Part shown: positions 32,701 to 42,275 of the stretch, in pieces
How the letters are laid out: every line of letters begins with the position of its first letter
Numbering within the stretch: the stretch's first letter is position 1
From: an uncultured Actinomycetes bacterium
GTDB taxonomy: Bacteria; Actinomycetota; UBA4738; HRBIN12
Assembly (NCBI GenBank): GCA_963704885.1
Contig: CAVPIB010000004.1
Location: forward strand, 1 to 64,000
DNA: 64,000 nucleotides
Direction of reading: 5' to 3'
Program-made: the position numbers and the translations under genes
Notes under the pieces: model-generated
What the model was told of the DNA's origin: nothing
Database searches by the model: none
Seen by the model: only the letters and a program-made list of their open reading frames with translations

Positions 32701-32988
32701 CTAGCTTTCCTCGAACCCGATCGAGAACATCCTCTCCAGATCGTGCTTGGAATAGACCTGGAACGCGATCAACGTCTGCGTCCGATCGACGCCGTTCACT
32801 TTGGAGATCCCGCCGGGGATGACCGTCGCGAGGCGGTCGTGGTCGCTCACTCGCACGATCGCGATGAGATCGAACTCGCCGGCGACGGAGTACACCTCGG
32901 AGACGCCGTCGATGTCGGCGATCGCCTGGGCGGCCTCTGGGATCCCGTCGATCTCGCACTGGATCAGGACGACGGCATGCACGCTCAC
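32701..32988 (-). CDS. Lrp/AsnC ligand-binding domain protein
   Basis: GVSEVYSVAGEFDLIA, TQTLIAF; no HTH. Confidence 0.88.
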   Translation of the reverse strand: MSVHAVVLIQCEIDGIPEAAQAIADIDGVSEVYSVAGEFDLIAIVRVSDHDRLATVIPGGISKVNGVDRTQTLIAFQVYSKHDLERMFSIGFEES

Positions 32989-33001
32989 GGTCTGGCTCCC
33001 T

Positions 33002-34178
33002 TCAATCGCGCTCGAGGACGACGGCCAGCCCCTGCCCGCCCGAGATGCAGAGCGTGGCCAGGCCGAGCGCCGCGCCGCGCGCGCGCATCTCGTAGGCGAG
33101 GCTGAGGACTATCCGAGCGCCGCTCATGCCGATCGGATGACCGACCGAGATGCCTCCGCCTCTCACGTTCAACCTGTCCCTGTCGAACTTCAGCTCGCGC
33201 TCGCAGGCGATGACCTGCGCCGCGAACGCCTCGTTGATCTCTATCACGTCGATGTCGGCGAGCGTCAACCCGGTCTTTTCCAGGACCTCCTTGGTGGCGG
33301 GCACCGGACCTATCCCCATGATCTCCGGCGGCACACCCGCCCAGGACATGCCGATGACGCGTGCGAGGGGTTCGCGTCCCTCCGCTCTCCGCGCGTGACT
33401 CGGAGATCAACACCATGGCCGCGGCTCCGTCGGTGATGCCGCTGGAGTTGCCCGCGGTGACGCTGCCACCTTGCCGGAAGACCGGCTCCAGCTTCGCCAA
33501 CTTCTCGAGTGTCGCGTCGGGCCTCGGATGTTCGTCCTGCGTCACGGTCACCGTCGATCCCTTGGGACCGGGTACGTCGACCGGGAACATCTCATCGGCG
33601 CGCGCGGCCGCCCCGGCGGCGGCTTTCTGCTGCGACTCGAGCGCGAACCCGTCCTGCTCCTCGCGAGTGATGTCGTACATGTCCACCAGGTTCTCGGCCG
33701 TCTCGCCCATGATCAGGCCGCACAGCGGGTCAAGCAGACCGTCGCGGTACATCCCGTCGACGACCTCGGCGTTGCCTAGCCGGTAGCCCAGACGCATCTG
33801 GGGGAGCAGGAACGGCACCCGAGTCATGTTCTCCATACCGCCGGCGAGGACGACCTCGCTGTCTCCGAGCATGATCTGCTGCGCGGCGAGCTGAACGGCC
33901 TTCATCCCCGAGCCGCATGCGATGTTGACGTTATAGGCGCTCACCTCGACCGGGATCCCGGCTCGAACGCTCACCTGCCGGCCGGTGTTCGGTCCGTTGC
34001 CGGCCTGGCGCGCGTGGCCCATGATCGTCTGATCGACCTGGTCGGGCTCGAGGTTCGAGCGACGCATCGCCTCGACAGCGGCCAGGGTCCCGAGCTCGAC
34101 CGTGGGGACGTCGGCGAACGACCCCAGGAACTTGCCGATGGGGGTCCGGGCGCCCTCCAGGATGACCGCGCGCTCCAT
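33002..34178 (-). CDS. Thiolase (frameshift near 33370)
   Basis: RTPIGKF, NIACGSG, TAGNSSGITDGA; the other frame carries EINEAFAAQ, GHPIGMSG, LCISGGQG. Confidence 0.9.
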
Positions 34179-34223
34179 GCGACCCAGTCTATCGGGCGCC
34201 TTTTCCAGCCAGGTCCCTCGATC

Positions 34224-34814
34224 TCAGCTGAGGGGGGCGATCCCGGTCAGGATCGCCAGGTCCGCCGCCAACGTCTGCGGGTCGGTCGGGCCGTCGATCA
34301 TGGGGTTCATCGAGCCGTCCCCGAGTCCCCAGGCCATGATCTCGGCCGCCTGCTCGTATCCGCGAACGTCCCAGTCCGTGGCCGTGTCGTTCCAGCCGGT
34401 GAGGCGGCGGCTCTCCATGAACCGGGCCCGGGCCGCGTCCGTGAGGCGCTCGTCGCACCAGGCGTGGGCCAGCTCGTGGAGCACGATCCTCTGCGGTCCG
34501 GCCTCCATGTCCAGGCGCACGCAGAGGTCGATCCTGCCGTTCACCTGGTATCCGACGTTCCCGCGGCAGCCGTCCTTGCTCTCGTGGAAGTAGATGTCCA
34601 CGGAGGGCAGATCCAGGCCGGCTGCCCGGTAGCGCTTGATGGCCCATGTCAGGAGCTCTTCTTGAGCCGTGCCCGGGGTGTGGAGCACGATCGCCTCGGG
34701 GCCGGTGATCGGGGTGCCGTCCTGCTGGGGGGTCGTCCCCCCGAGGGAGAGGAGCGCGCTCAGGGCGATCGCGATGTGGAGGGCGGTCCGGGTGGCGTTC
34801 CGTGTCGTGTCCAT
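34224..34814 (-). CDS. Secreted zincin-like (HEXXH) protein
   Basis: Signal-like N-terminus from ATG 34814; VLHELAHAW and downstream EQAAE. Confidence 0.75.
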   Translation of the reverse strand: MDTTRNATRTALHIAIALSALLSLGGTTPQQDGTPITGPEAIVLHTPGTAQEELLTWAIKRYRAAGLDLPSVDIYFHESKDGCRGNVGYQVNGRIDLCVRLDMEAGPQRIVLHELAHAWCDERLTDAARARFMESRRLTGWNDTATDWDVRGYEQAAEIMAWGLGDGSMNPMIDGPTDPQTLAADLAILTGIAPLS

Positions 34815-34834
34815 GCGCGCAGATTGCGCCCGGC

Positions 34835-34890
34835 CCCTTGCACGCCAGTGACCCACCGCTGACAGGGCGCTGACACGTGATGTACGTCAC
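34835..34890. promoter_or_regulatory. 11-bp-phased direct repeats plus a near-palindrome; probable SARP/winged-helix operator
   Basis: cgctgaca at 34857 and 34868, cagtgacc at 34846, cccttgca at 34835; gtgatgtacgtcac at 34877-34890. Confidence 0.6.
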
Positions 34891-34946
34891 ATCTGGCCTG
34901 CGAGGGAGCCGTTCCCGAACCTGGAGCGGTGGCGTAGGCTTCGCGC

Positions 34947-37900
34947 GTGGAATTCCGCGTCCTGGGGCCGGTGGAGGTGGACGGGCCGGACGGGCCGCTC
35001 ACCGTCGGTGGGCGCCGGCAACGGCTGGTGCTCGCCCACATGCTCCTCAGGGCCAACCAGCTAGTTGCGACCGAGGTACTGATAGACGAGATCTGGGATC
35101 AGGAGCCGCCCGACGGCGCCCGCAACGCGATCCAGGCCTACATCTCGCGCCTGCGCCACGTGGTCGGGGATCGGATCGAGGGCCGCGACGCGGGCTATCT
35201 CCTGCGGGTGGAGCCCGGCGAGCTCGACCTGGAGCGGTTCGAGGAGCTGGTTCGCGACGGCCGTGCGCTCGTCGACGCCGATCCCGCCGACGCGGCCGCC
35301 ACGCTCAAAGAGGCCCTCGGGATCTGGCGTGGCCCGGCGTTCGCCGACCTGGCGGATGAACGCTCGCTGGCCGGGGAGATCGTCCGGCTCACGGAGCTGC
35401 GATCGCTCGCCACCGAGGAGCGGATATCGGCGGAGCTCGCCATGGGGCGCCACAAGGAGCTGATCTCCGAGCTCGAGTCCCTGACGGCCGCCGACCCGCT
35501 GCGCGAGCGCCTCTGGGGGATGCTCATGCTGGCCCTCTACAGGTCGGGCCGCCAGGCGGATGCGTTGGCCGCATACGCACGCGCGCGCGACGTCCTCTCG
35601 GAGCAGCTCGGGATCGACCCCTCCAGGGGGCTGCAGCGGCTGCACGAGCGCGTCCTATCGCAAGATCCCGCGCTTTCCATGGCCTCGGCGCGGGCGCCCG
35701 TCGCGAACACCGACCCCTCTTCGTCGGGCGACCTGGCGCCCGGGACCCGGATCGGCGGCTACAAGATCCTGGAGGTCCTGGGGCGTGGGGGCATGAGCGT
35801 CGTCTACCTGGCGGAGCACGAGGGCCTGCGCCGGAAGGTCGCGTTGAAGCTCCTGGCGCCCCAGCTCTCGGCCGACGAGAGGTTCCAGGAACGGTTCGTG
35901 CGGGAGTCCCAGCTGGCGGCGAGCCTGGACCACCCCAACGTGATCCCGATCTATGAAGCGGGGGAGGCCGACGGGTACCTGTTCATAGCGATGCGCTACG
36001 TGGACGGGACCGATCTCCGCAAGCCGATACGCGCCACGGGAGCCCTGTCGACCGAGCGTACCCTGGCGATCCTCCGCCAGGTCGCGGCCGCTCTCGATGC
36101 CGCACATCGCCGCGGATTGGTTCATCGCGACGTCAAGCCGGGCAATGTGCTGGTCGCCCGCATGGAGACCCTGGAGGGCTCCGAGCAGGTCTACCTGTCG
36201 GACTTCGGGCTCACGAAGCGCGCGTCTTCGCTTTCCGGTGTGACGGGCACTGGGCAGTTCATCGGTACGCTCGACTACGCGGCGCCCGAGCAGTTCCAGG
36301 GACGGCGCCTCGACGCCCGGACCGACGTCTACTCGCTGGGCGCGATGCTGTTCGAGTGCCTCACCGGGCATCCTCCCTTCCGCCGTGAGAACGATGCCTC
36401 CTTGATGCACGCGCATCTGACGGAAACCCCTCCCGCGGTCACGGACGAGCGGGCTGAGCTCCCCGGCGCGATCGACACGGTCATCGCACGGGCTATGGCG
36501 AAGGATCCGACCGACCGCTATCAGACCGCGGGCGAACTGGCCGCCGACGCCGCCGATGCCCTCAAGCGCGAGACGGCCGGCGTCCTCCTCAGAACGTTCA
36601 TGATCGCCGACGTCCGCGGGTACACCACGTTCACGCAGGAGCAAGGGGACGAACGCGCCGCCGAGCTCGCCTCTCGGTTCGCGGAGATCGTGCGCCAGGT
36701 CGTGGCGGGGCACGGCGGCGTCCTGCTGGAACTCCGGGGGGACGAGGCCCTCACGGTCTTCGTCTCCGCTCGCCAGGCGATCCGAGCGGCCGTCCAGCTC
36801 CAGGCTGCCGTTCGGGACGCCGATCTGCCCCGAGGCGTAGGGATCGGGGTCGACGCCGGCGAGGCCGTCGCCGCGGAGGGCGGCTACCGCGGCGGGGCAT
36901 TGAACCTGGCAGCTCGCTTGTGCGCGAAGGCGGCCGCCGGCGAGGTTCTCGCCTCGGAGGCGGTCACCCACCTGGCGGCGCGCGTGGACGGGATCGCCTA
37001 CACGGATCTTCGGTCCTTCAACCTGAAGGGCTTCGACGAGCCCGTCCGAGCGGTGCGGGTGGTTCCCGAGGATCAGCTCGCCCGCGGCTCCGGAGCCGCC
37101 GGCGAAGGGTTGGCTCCCGCGGATCCGCAGACGGGTCCCTGTGGTCGCCGCGGGGGTCGTCGTGCTCGCCCTGGTCGCGCTCGGACTGCCGCGGATCCTG
37201 GGAGGTTCGTCCGAGGCGTCGACCACTTTCCGACCAGGGATCGCGATCATCGACCAGGAAACCCACGAACAGGTCGGACATGTCCCTGTTCAGGATCCGG
37301 TCGAAGGCTACTTCGCCGACGGATCGTTCTGGTTCCTCAACCTCGAACCGCTCTCCTTCGTTCAGATCGACGCGACCACGTTCCAGATCGTCCGCACCAT
37401 CTCCTCGCCCGTTACGCAGGTGCAGTCGTTCGCCGTCGACGGCGCGTCCCTTTGGGTGACGGACGCCTCGAACCCGGTGCTCGTTCGTATGGATATCCGG
37501 ACCGGCAGGGAGGCGGCCCGGTACAGCTACTCCGATCTCGGGGACGGGGGATTGTACGGACCCGCAGCCGGTGCGGGGTCGATCTGGACGGGCGTGGGCC
37601 GCAACCTCTTGCGTATCGATCCGGGGAACGGAGCCGTGCAGGCGAAGATCGTGCCCAAGTACACAGAATCCACGCCGGGAACGGTCCCGACGGGCGTCTT
37701 CTCGACCGCAGGCAACCTCTCGTTCAGCGACGGATACCTGTGGGTTCCGAGCGACGACAGACTCAACCGGATCGACCCTGCGACGAACGACCGTCGGCAT
37801 TCAAGGCGGGCGTGCCGACGCCGGTCAAGTTCGCCGTTGGGGGCGAGGGGTTCGGATGGGCCACGAGCGAGGCCGGGAACTCCGTCTACCAAGTGAGTCC

Positions 37901-39659
37901 TCGTGGCTACAAGATCGGCAGCTTCGAGACCGGCCAGGGCCCCGAATCCGTCGCGTTCGACGAAGGGAAGCTGTGGGTCGCCAACTACGACTCTGCTTCG
38001 GTGGGCTGGGTCGACGTGACCAACGGGAACACCGGTTCGATCACCGTCGGTCACCCCGTCCAGGGTATCGCGGCGGGGGCCGGGCTCGTCGCCTTCACGG
38101 TGGGTCGTGGCGTCGGAGTCGTCGACCGGATCGCGGCCATCCCAGGCGATGTCCTGCGGCTGACGTTCCCCACCGAGTTCAATCACGTCTATGATCCGGC
38201 GCTTGCCGTCGAGGACGGCATGTTCCAGGTCGAGCGCGCCACGTGCGTCAAACTCTTGAACGCACCTGTAGCCGCTGCACCTGAGGGGTGGGCCCTTCAA
38301 CCCGAGGTGGCGGAGTCCATGCCGGATGTGTCGGCGGACGGGCGCACGTACACGTTCCGGATCCGCGACGGGTTCCGGTTCTCGCCACCATCGGAGGAGC
38401 CCGTCACGGCGGAGACCTTCCGATACTCGATCGAACGCGCGTTGTCGCCCAACCTCGGTACGGGCACACCCGGGCCGCGACTGATCGACGACATCGAGGG
38501 TGTCGAGGACTTCCGTGCGGGACGTTCCGAGCACATCTCAGGGTTGGTGACGGCCGGCGATACGCTCACGATCACCCTGACCGAGCCGTCGGGCGACTTC
38601 CTCCAGCGCCTCGCCGCTCCCTACTTCTGCCCGGTCCCGACGGACACGCCGATCCTGGCCGGGGGGGTAGAGGGCGACATCGTTGCGTCGGCGGGGCCGT
38701 ACTACGCGACCGAGAACTCCCCTGGCGAGCTGCTCCTCCTTGAAGCGAACCCGAACTATGGCGGCAACCGTCAACCGGGGGTCGACGCGATCGCGATACG
38801 CACCGGCCTGGACGAGGGCGACGCGCTGTACCAGGTGGGGCAGGGTGATTCCGACGGATCCGTCGGTTCATTGGGGAGCCTGTTCTTTGGGGCCATCCGC
38901 GACGAGCCCGGCTTTCGCACGACGTCGCTCCCCGGTGTGACCGTGGTGGTGCTGAACGCGACCGGCCAGGTGTTCTCTGACCCGGGCGTTCGCGCAGCGT
39001 TCGCGACGGCATTCGATCGGTTCGTCGCCGCGTGGCTCTGGGGCATGCTGCCCACGGACGAACTGGTACCTCCCGACCTCGCTGGGGGGGAGCAGGACCC
39101 TTCCGCCACGCTCCCGGATCGGGAGGCAGCTAGGGAACTGATGCCGGATAGCGCCGGGGTCGTGAGGATCGCAGTTACAGCGTGCCAACACTGCCAGTCG
39201 ATCGCGATAGGTTCCACCGGGGATGCGGGGCTCGTGAACACCCTGCGGAGGCTCGGCCTCGGGTCATCCGTGGAACTCGTCAGCCGGCGGGAGATCTTGG
39301 CGCACCCGGACCGCTACGACATGGTGATCTGGTGGAACTTCCTCGACTACCAGGACACGGCGTCCTATGTAGCGGCCATGTTCGGCGATGTGGCGCCGGC
39401 CACGTGGTACCCCTCCGATCTCCGGTCGGAGGCCGATCGCGTGCTGGGGCTCGAGGGTGAGGCGAGGACGGCCGACGCGGTGGCGCTCGCCGAGCGGCTG
39501 ACCGCGGAGCACATCGTGATCCCGTACGCGCTCCTGGGCCGGTCCGAGCTCCTGGCCGATCGCGTCGGTTGCCGGGTGTATCCGCCGCTCGGATTCGGGG
39601 TGGATCTGGCCTCGCTCTGCATCACGGAGGTGTCGCCGTCGGCTTCCGCGTCGCCCTGA
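34947..39659 (+). CDS. Multidomain membrane transducer: SARP (wHTH+BTAD), Ser/Thr kinase, class III nucleotide cyclase, TM, beta-propeller, family 5 solute-binding domain (two compensating frameshifts near 37085 and 37798)
   Basis: FRVLGPVE, PLRERLWG, ALYRSGRQADAL; GRGGMSVVY, HRDVKPGN, DFG, APE; ADVRGYT, GDE, NLAARL; TM and propeller in ORF 37141..37896; VSADGRTYTFRIR, SAGPYY, NPNY. Confidence 0.85.
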   Translation: MEFRVLGPVEVDGPDGPLTVGGRRQRLVLAHMLLRANQLVATEVLIDEIWDQEPPDGARNAIQAYISRLRHVVGDRIEGRDAGYLLRVEPGELDLERFEELVRDGRALVDADPADAAATLKEALGIWRGPAFADLADERSLAGEIVRLTELRSLATEERISAELAMGRHKELISELESLTAADPLRERLWGMLMLALYRSGRQADALAAYARARDVLSEQLGIDPSRGLQRLHERVLSQDPALSMASARAPVANTDPSSSGDLAPGTRIGGYKILEVLGRGGMSVVYLAEHEGLRRKVALKLLAPQLSADERFQERFVRESQLAASLDHPNVIPIYEAGEADGYLFIAMRYVDGTDLRKPIRATGALSTERTLAILRQVAAALDAAHRRGLVHRDVKPGNVLVARMETLEGSEQVYLSDFGLTKRASSLSGVTGTGQFIGTLDYAAPEQFQGRRLDARTDVYSLGAMLFECLTGHPPFRRENDASLMHAHLTETPPAVTDERAELPGAIDTVIARAMAKDPTDRYQTAGELAADAADALKRETAGVLLRTFMIADVRGYTTFTQEQGDERAAELASRFAEIVRQVVAGHGGVLLELRGDEALTVFVSARQAIRAAVQLQAAVRDADLPRGVGIGVDAGEAVAAEGGYRGGALNLAARLCAKAAAGEVLASEAVTHLAARVDGIAYTDLRSFNLKGFDEPVRAVRVVPEDQLARGSGAAGEGLAPADPQTGPCGRRGGRRARPGRARTAADPGRFVRGVDHFPTRDRDHRPGNPRTGRTCPCSGSGRRLLRRRIVLVPQPRTALLRSDRRDHVPDRPHHLLARYAGAVVRRRRRVPLGDGRLEPGARSYGYPDRQGGGPVQLLRSRGRGIVRTRSRCGVDLDGRGPQPLAYRSGERSRAGEDRAQVHRIHAGNGPDGRLLDRRQPLVQRRIPVGSERRQTQPDRPCDERPSAFKAGVPTPVKFAVGGEGFGWATSEAGNSVYQVSPRGYKIGSFETGQGPESVAFDEGKLWVANYDSASVGWVDVTNGNTGSITVGHPVQGIAAGAGLVAFTVGRGVGVVDRIAAIPGDVLRLTFPTEFNHVYDPALAVEDGMFQVERATCVKLLNAPVAAAPEGWALQPEVAESMPDVSADGRTYTFRIRDGFRFSPPSEEPVTAETFRYSIERALSPNLGTGTPGPRLIDDIEGVEDFRAGRSEHISGLVTAGDTLTITLTEPSGDFLQRLAAPYFCPVPTDTPILAGGVEGDIVASAGPYYATENSPGELLLLEANPNYGGNRQPGVDAIAIRTGLDEGDALYQVGQGDSDGSVGSLGSLFFGAIRDEPGFRTTSLPGVTVVVLNATGQVFSDPGVRAAFATAFDRFVAAWLWGMLPTDELVPPDLAGGEQDPSATLPDREAARELMPDSAGVVRIAVTACQHCQSIAIGSTGDAGLVNTLRRLGLGSSVELVSRREILAHPDRYDMVIWWNFLDYQDTASYVAAMFGDVAPATWYPSDLRSEADRVLGLEGEARTADAVALAERLTAEHIVIPYALLGRSELLADRVGCRVYPPLGFGVDLASLCITEVSPSASASP

Positions 39660-40379
39660 CGGCATGCAAGAGCCATTCACGGGCTCCCCTGGAGCCGGTT
39701 ACGGGCGACGGCATGGTCGCCGCCACACTCCACGGCATCGATCCGACGCCGGCGATAGCCAGGTCCCGCGCTCGCAGGAGCGACGGCTCGTCGTCGGGTG
39801 CCGAGTCCAGGCCCAGCTCGAACATGGGCTTGACCAGCGCGATCAGATCGGCATCCGGTGCGAACGCCAAGTCCCTCGATCTGCGGCACTGCCGAGGCGA
39901 CCGACAGGTAGGACAGGTCCATGGTGATGACGTCGATCGTGTCTGAGTCGGACATGCGCGTCGCCGCGTCCGCCAGGTTCGTGCGTTCCAGGTTCACCAC
40001 GCGTTCGTGACTCCTGAGGTCACCGCGCAGCTGGCCATGTCCCACGTCCACCGCGTACACGCGACGGGCTCCACTGTCGATCAGGACGCGGGTGAATCCG
40101 CCGGCCGACGCGCCCAGGTCCACGCAGATGCGGTCCTCGACGTCGATCCCGAAGCCGTCCAGGGCGGCGGCTAGCTTGTCCTCGCCCCGAAGTCGCCGCG
40201 GAGGGCGGAAGACGACCGATGAATCGGTGCGAACGAGAGACCGGGGGTTGGTGACCACGCGTCCGTCGATCAGAACATGCCCCTCCAGGACCGCGCTCCG
40301 AGCGTCGGTGATGTCCGGACGCGAGATGGCCAGGTGCTCGAGCACGCCGCGGAACCTCCCGCGTGAATGTGGTTCCCAC
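39622..40379 (-). CDS. TlyA-like RNA methyltransferase (S4 + FtsJ; frameshifted)
   Basis: RGEDKLAAAL, DLGASAGGFT, VDVGHGQL, MDLSYLS; C-terminus LVKPMFE in ORF 39622..39870; TAGACT 6 nt before GTG 40379. Confidence 0.8.
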
Positions 40380-40388
40380 CGGCCGAGT

Positions 40389-42033
40389 CTAGGGCCGGCG
40401 GCGGGCGCCGACTCGATGGTCGTCGGACGTCCGGGCCTGGGACTGGATCCGCGCGATCGCGGCGCCGCCGTCGACCGGCTCGGCCAGACCAACCGTCGCT
40501 CCGTGCGACACGTGGCGCGTTGCTCCGCATCCAAGCGCGCACGGCGGCCAGCTCATCGGCGCGCTCGCGCGGGCACGGGCTGGAGATGGGCTCGGCCCCG
40601 TCATCGCGGATCAGCGACCCCGAGCTGAGCGTCGAGGGGCGACCGCCGACCTCGACCGTGAACGTCCCGCTCCCCGCGAGCCAGGAATCGGTGCGACTCC
40701 GCGCCAGGGCGTCGGCGAGGGCGCGGATGCGGTCACGTACCAGCCCCGCTTCCTCGTACCGCTCCTGGTCGGACAGCTCCGTCATGCGTCGCTCGAGCGC
40801 TCCGAGGAGCCCGCCCGGGGAGGTCAGGGAGGAGACGAGCCTCCGGACGAGCTCTCCGTAGCGCTCGGGATCGACGCGGCCGTCGCAGGGGGTCAGACAG
40901 CGGCCCATGTCGGCGAGGGCGCACGGCGCGAACCTCGTCCGTGCACCCATCGCCTTGGTGCACCGGCGGATGGGGAAGACCTCTTCGAGAGCTTCCTTCG
41001 CCAGACGTGCCCGGATCGTGTTGCCGAACGGCCCGACGTAGGTGCAGCCGTCGTCTGCCTTGGCAGCGTGAACGACCTTGATGCGCGGGAACGCTTCGGC
41101 GGGATCCACCTTGAGGTAGGTGTAGCGCCGCCAGGTCTTACCACGGCGGTTGTACTTCGGCTCGTGCTGACGGATCAGCCGAGCCTCCACGACCAGCGCC
41201 TCCAACTCCGACGCGCACCCGATGCCGTCGACGCCGGTGGTCTCGGCGAGCAGATCGGAGATCTTCTTGCGCTCGTCGCCGTAGAAGTAGGACTTCACGC
41301 GGCTCCGAACGTCCTTCGACTTCCCGACGTACAAGACTCCACCGTCCCGCCCGCGGAACAGGTAGACGCCCGGCGAGTTGGGCAGGTGATCAGCCAGCCG
41401 GATCTTGCCGTAGTTGGGACGGCCCCTGGCGCGGACGGCCTCTCGCAGGTCGCCCAGGGTCGAGATGCCGAGCCGGCCGCCCAGGTCCATCAGGCCATGG
41501 AGCACCTCCGCGCACGCCTCGGCGTCGGCCAGGGCACGGTGGTTGGGCTCCGACCGCGTCCGGAAGTAGCGGGCGAGCGTCTGGAGCTTGACGTTGGGCA
41601 CGTCGGGCCAGACGACGCGCCGCGCCAGACGGGCCGTGCACACGGGGGGCGGGGGGAGCGGTTCGTAGTCCAGGCGGACGAGGTTGGCGTTCAGGAACGA
41701 GAAGTCGAAGCGCGCGTTGTGAGCCACGAAGACCGAACCGCGGAAGAACTCCAGGAACGCTGGGAGGATCTCCTCGATCGGTGGTTCCTCGGCGACGGCT
41801 CGGGTGTCGATCCCGGTGAGATGGGTGATGAACGGAGGGATGGGGACCTCTGGGTCGACCAGCGCCTGGAACGATCCAAGTCGCTCGCCCGCTCGGTACT
41901 TGACCGCGCCGACCTCGGTGATGCGGCAGTCGGTCGGAGAGCCGCCCGTGGTTTCCAGATCCACGACGCAGAACGTGACCTGGTTCAAGGGCGTGCCCGA
42001 TTCGAGCGTGGTCTGGATGGGTGCCGCGAGCAC
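40389..42033 (-). CDS. DEDD exonuclease fused to a GIY-YIG/UvrC-like domain (frameshift near the C-terminus)
   Basis: VDLETTG, AHNARFD, HRALADA; PGVYLF, LYVGKS, RSRVKSYF; UVR-like RYEEAGLVRD. Confidence 0.9.
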
Positions 42034-42069
42034 GATCGCCTCCGTCGGGTGGGGCCGAGCGGAGTCCGC

Positions 42070-42098
42070 ACCATATCGAACAGGTGTTCGGGCGTCAA
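42070..42098 (-). promoter_or_regulatory. Promoter TTGACG-N17-TATGGT with a LexA SOS box CGAACAGGTGTTCG (42077-42090) in the spacer
   Basis: GAAC-N4-GTTC palindrome upstream of a DNA-repair-type gene. Confidence 0.8.
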
Positions 42099-42147
42099 GC
42101 ATCGTGCCGCGATGCTGACGGCCGGCACCGACACGCCTTCCTTCGGA

Positions 42148-42273
42148 TCAGCCCTGAGAGCCGCCGGTTCCCTTCGCCTTCTTCGCTGCGCGCTTCTCCT
42201 TGATGCTCTTCTGCGGCTTCTTCTTCTGATCGCGATTCGTGCTCGCCCCACCGCGGTCCTTCGATTTCGCCAT
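42148..42273 (-). CDS. 41-aa Lys-rich small protein
   Basis: GAGAGGAGG SD; MAKSKDRGG...KSIKEKRAAKKAK. Confidence 0.65.
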   Translation of the reverse strand: MAKSKDRGGASTNRDQKKKPQKSIKEKRAAKKAKGTGGSQG

Positions 42274-42275
42274 GG

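Noticed and set aside
8200-33380. Programmed frameshifting in sufD, DUF2207 or thiolase
   Set aside because: No clear slippery sites; scattered single indels fit sequencing error
39180-39200. CQHC in the SBP domain as a heme c motif
   Set aside because: Not CxxCH; more likely an extracytoplasmic disulfide
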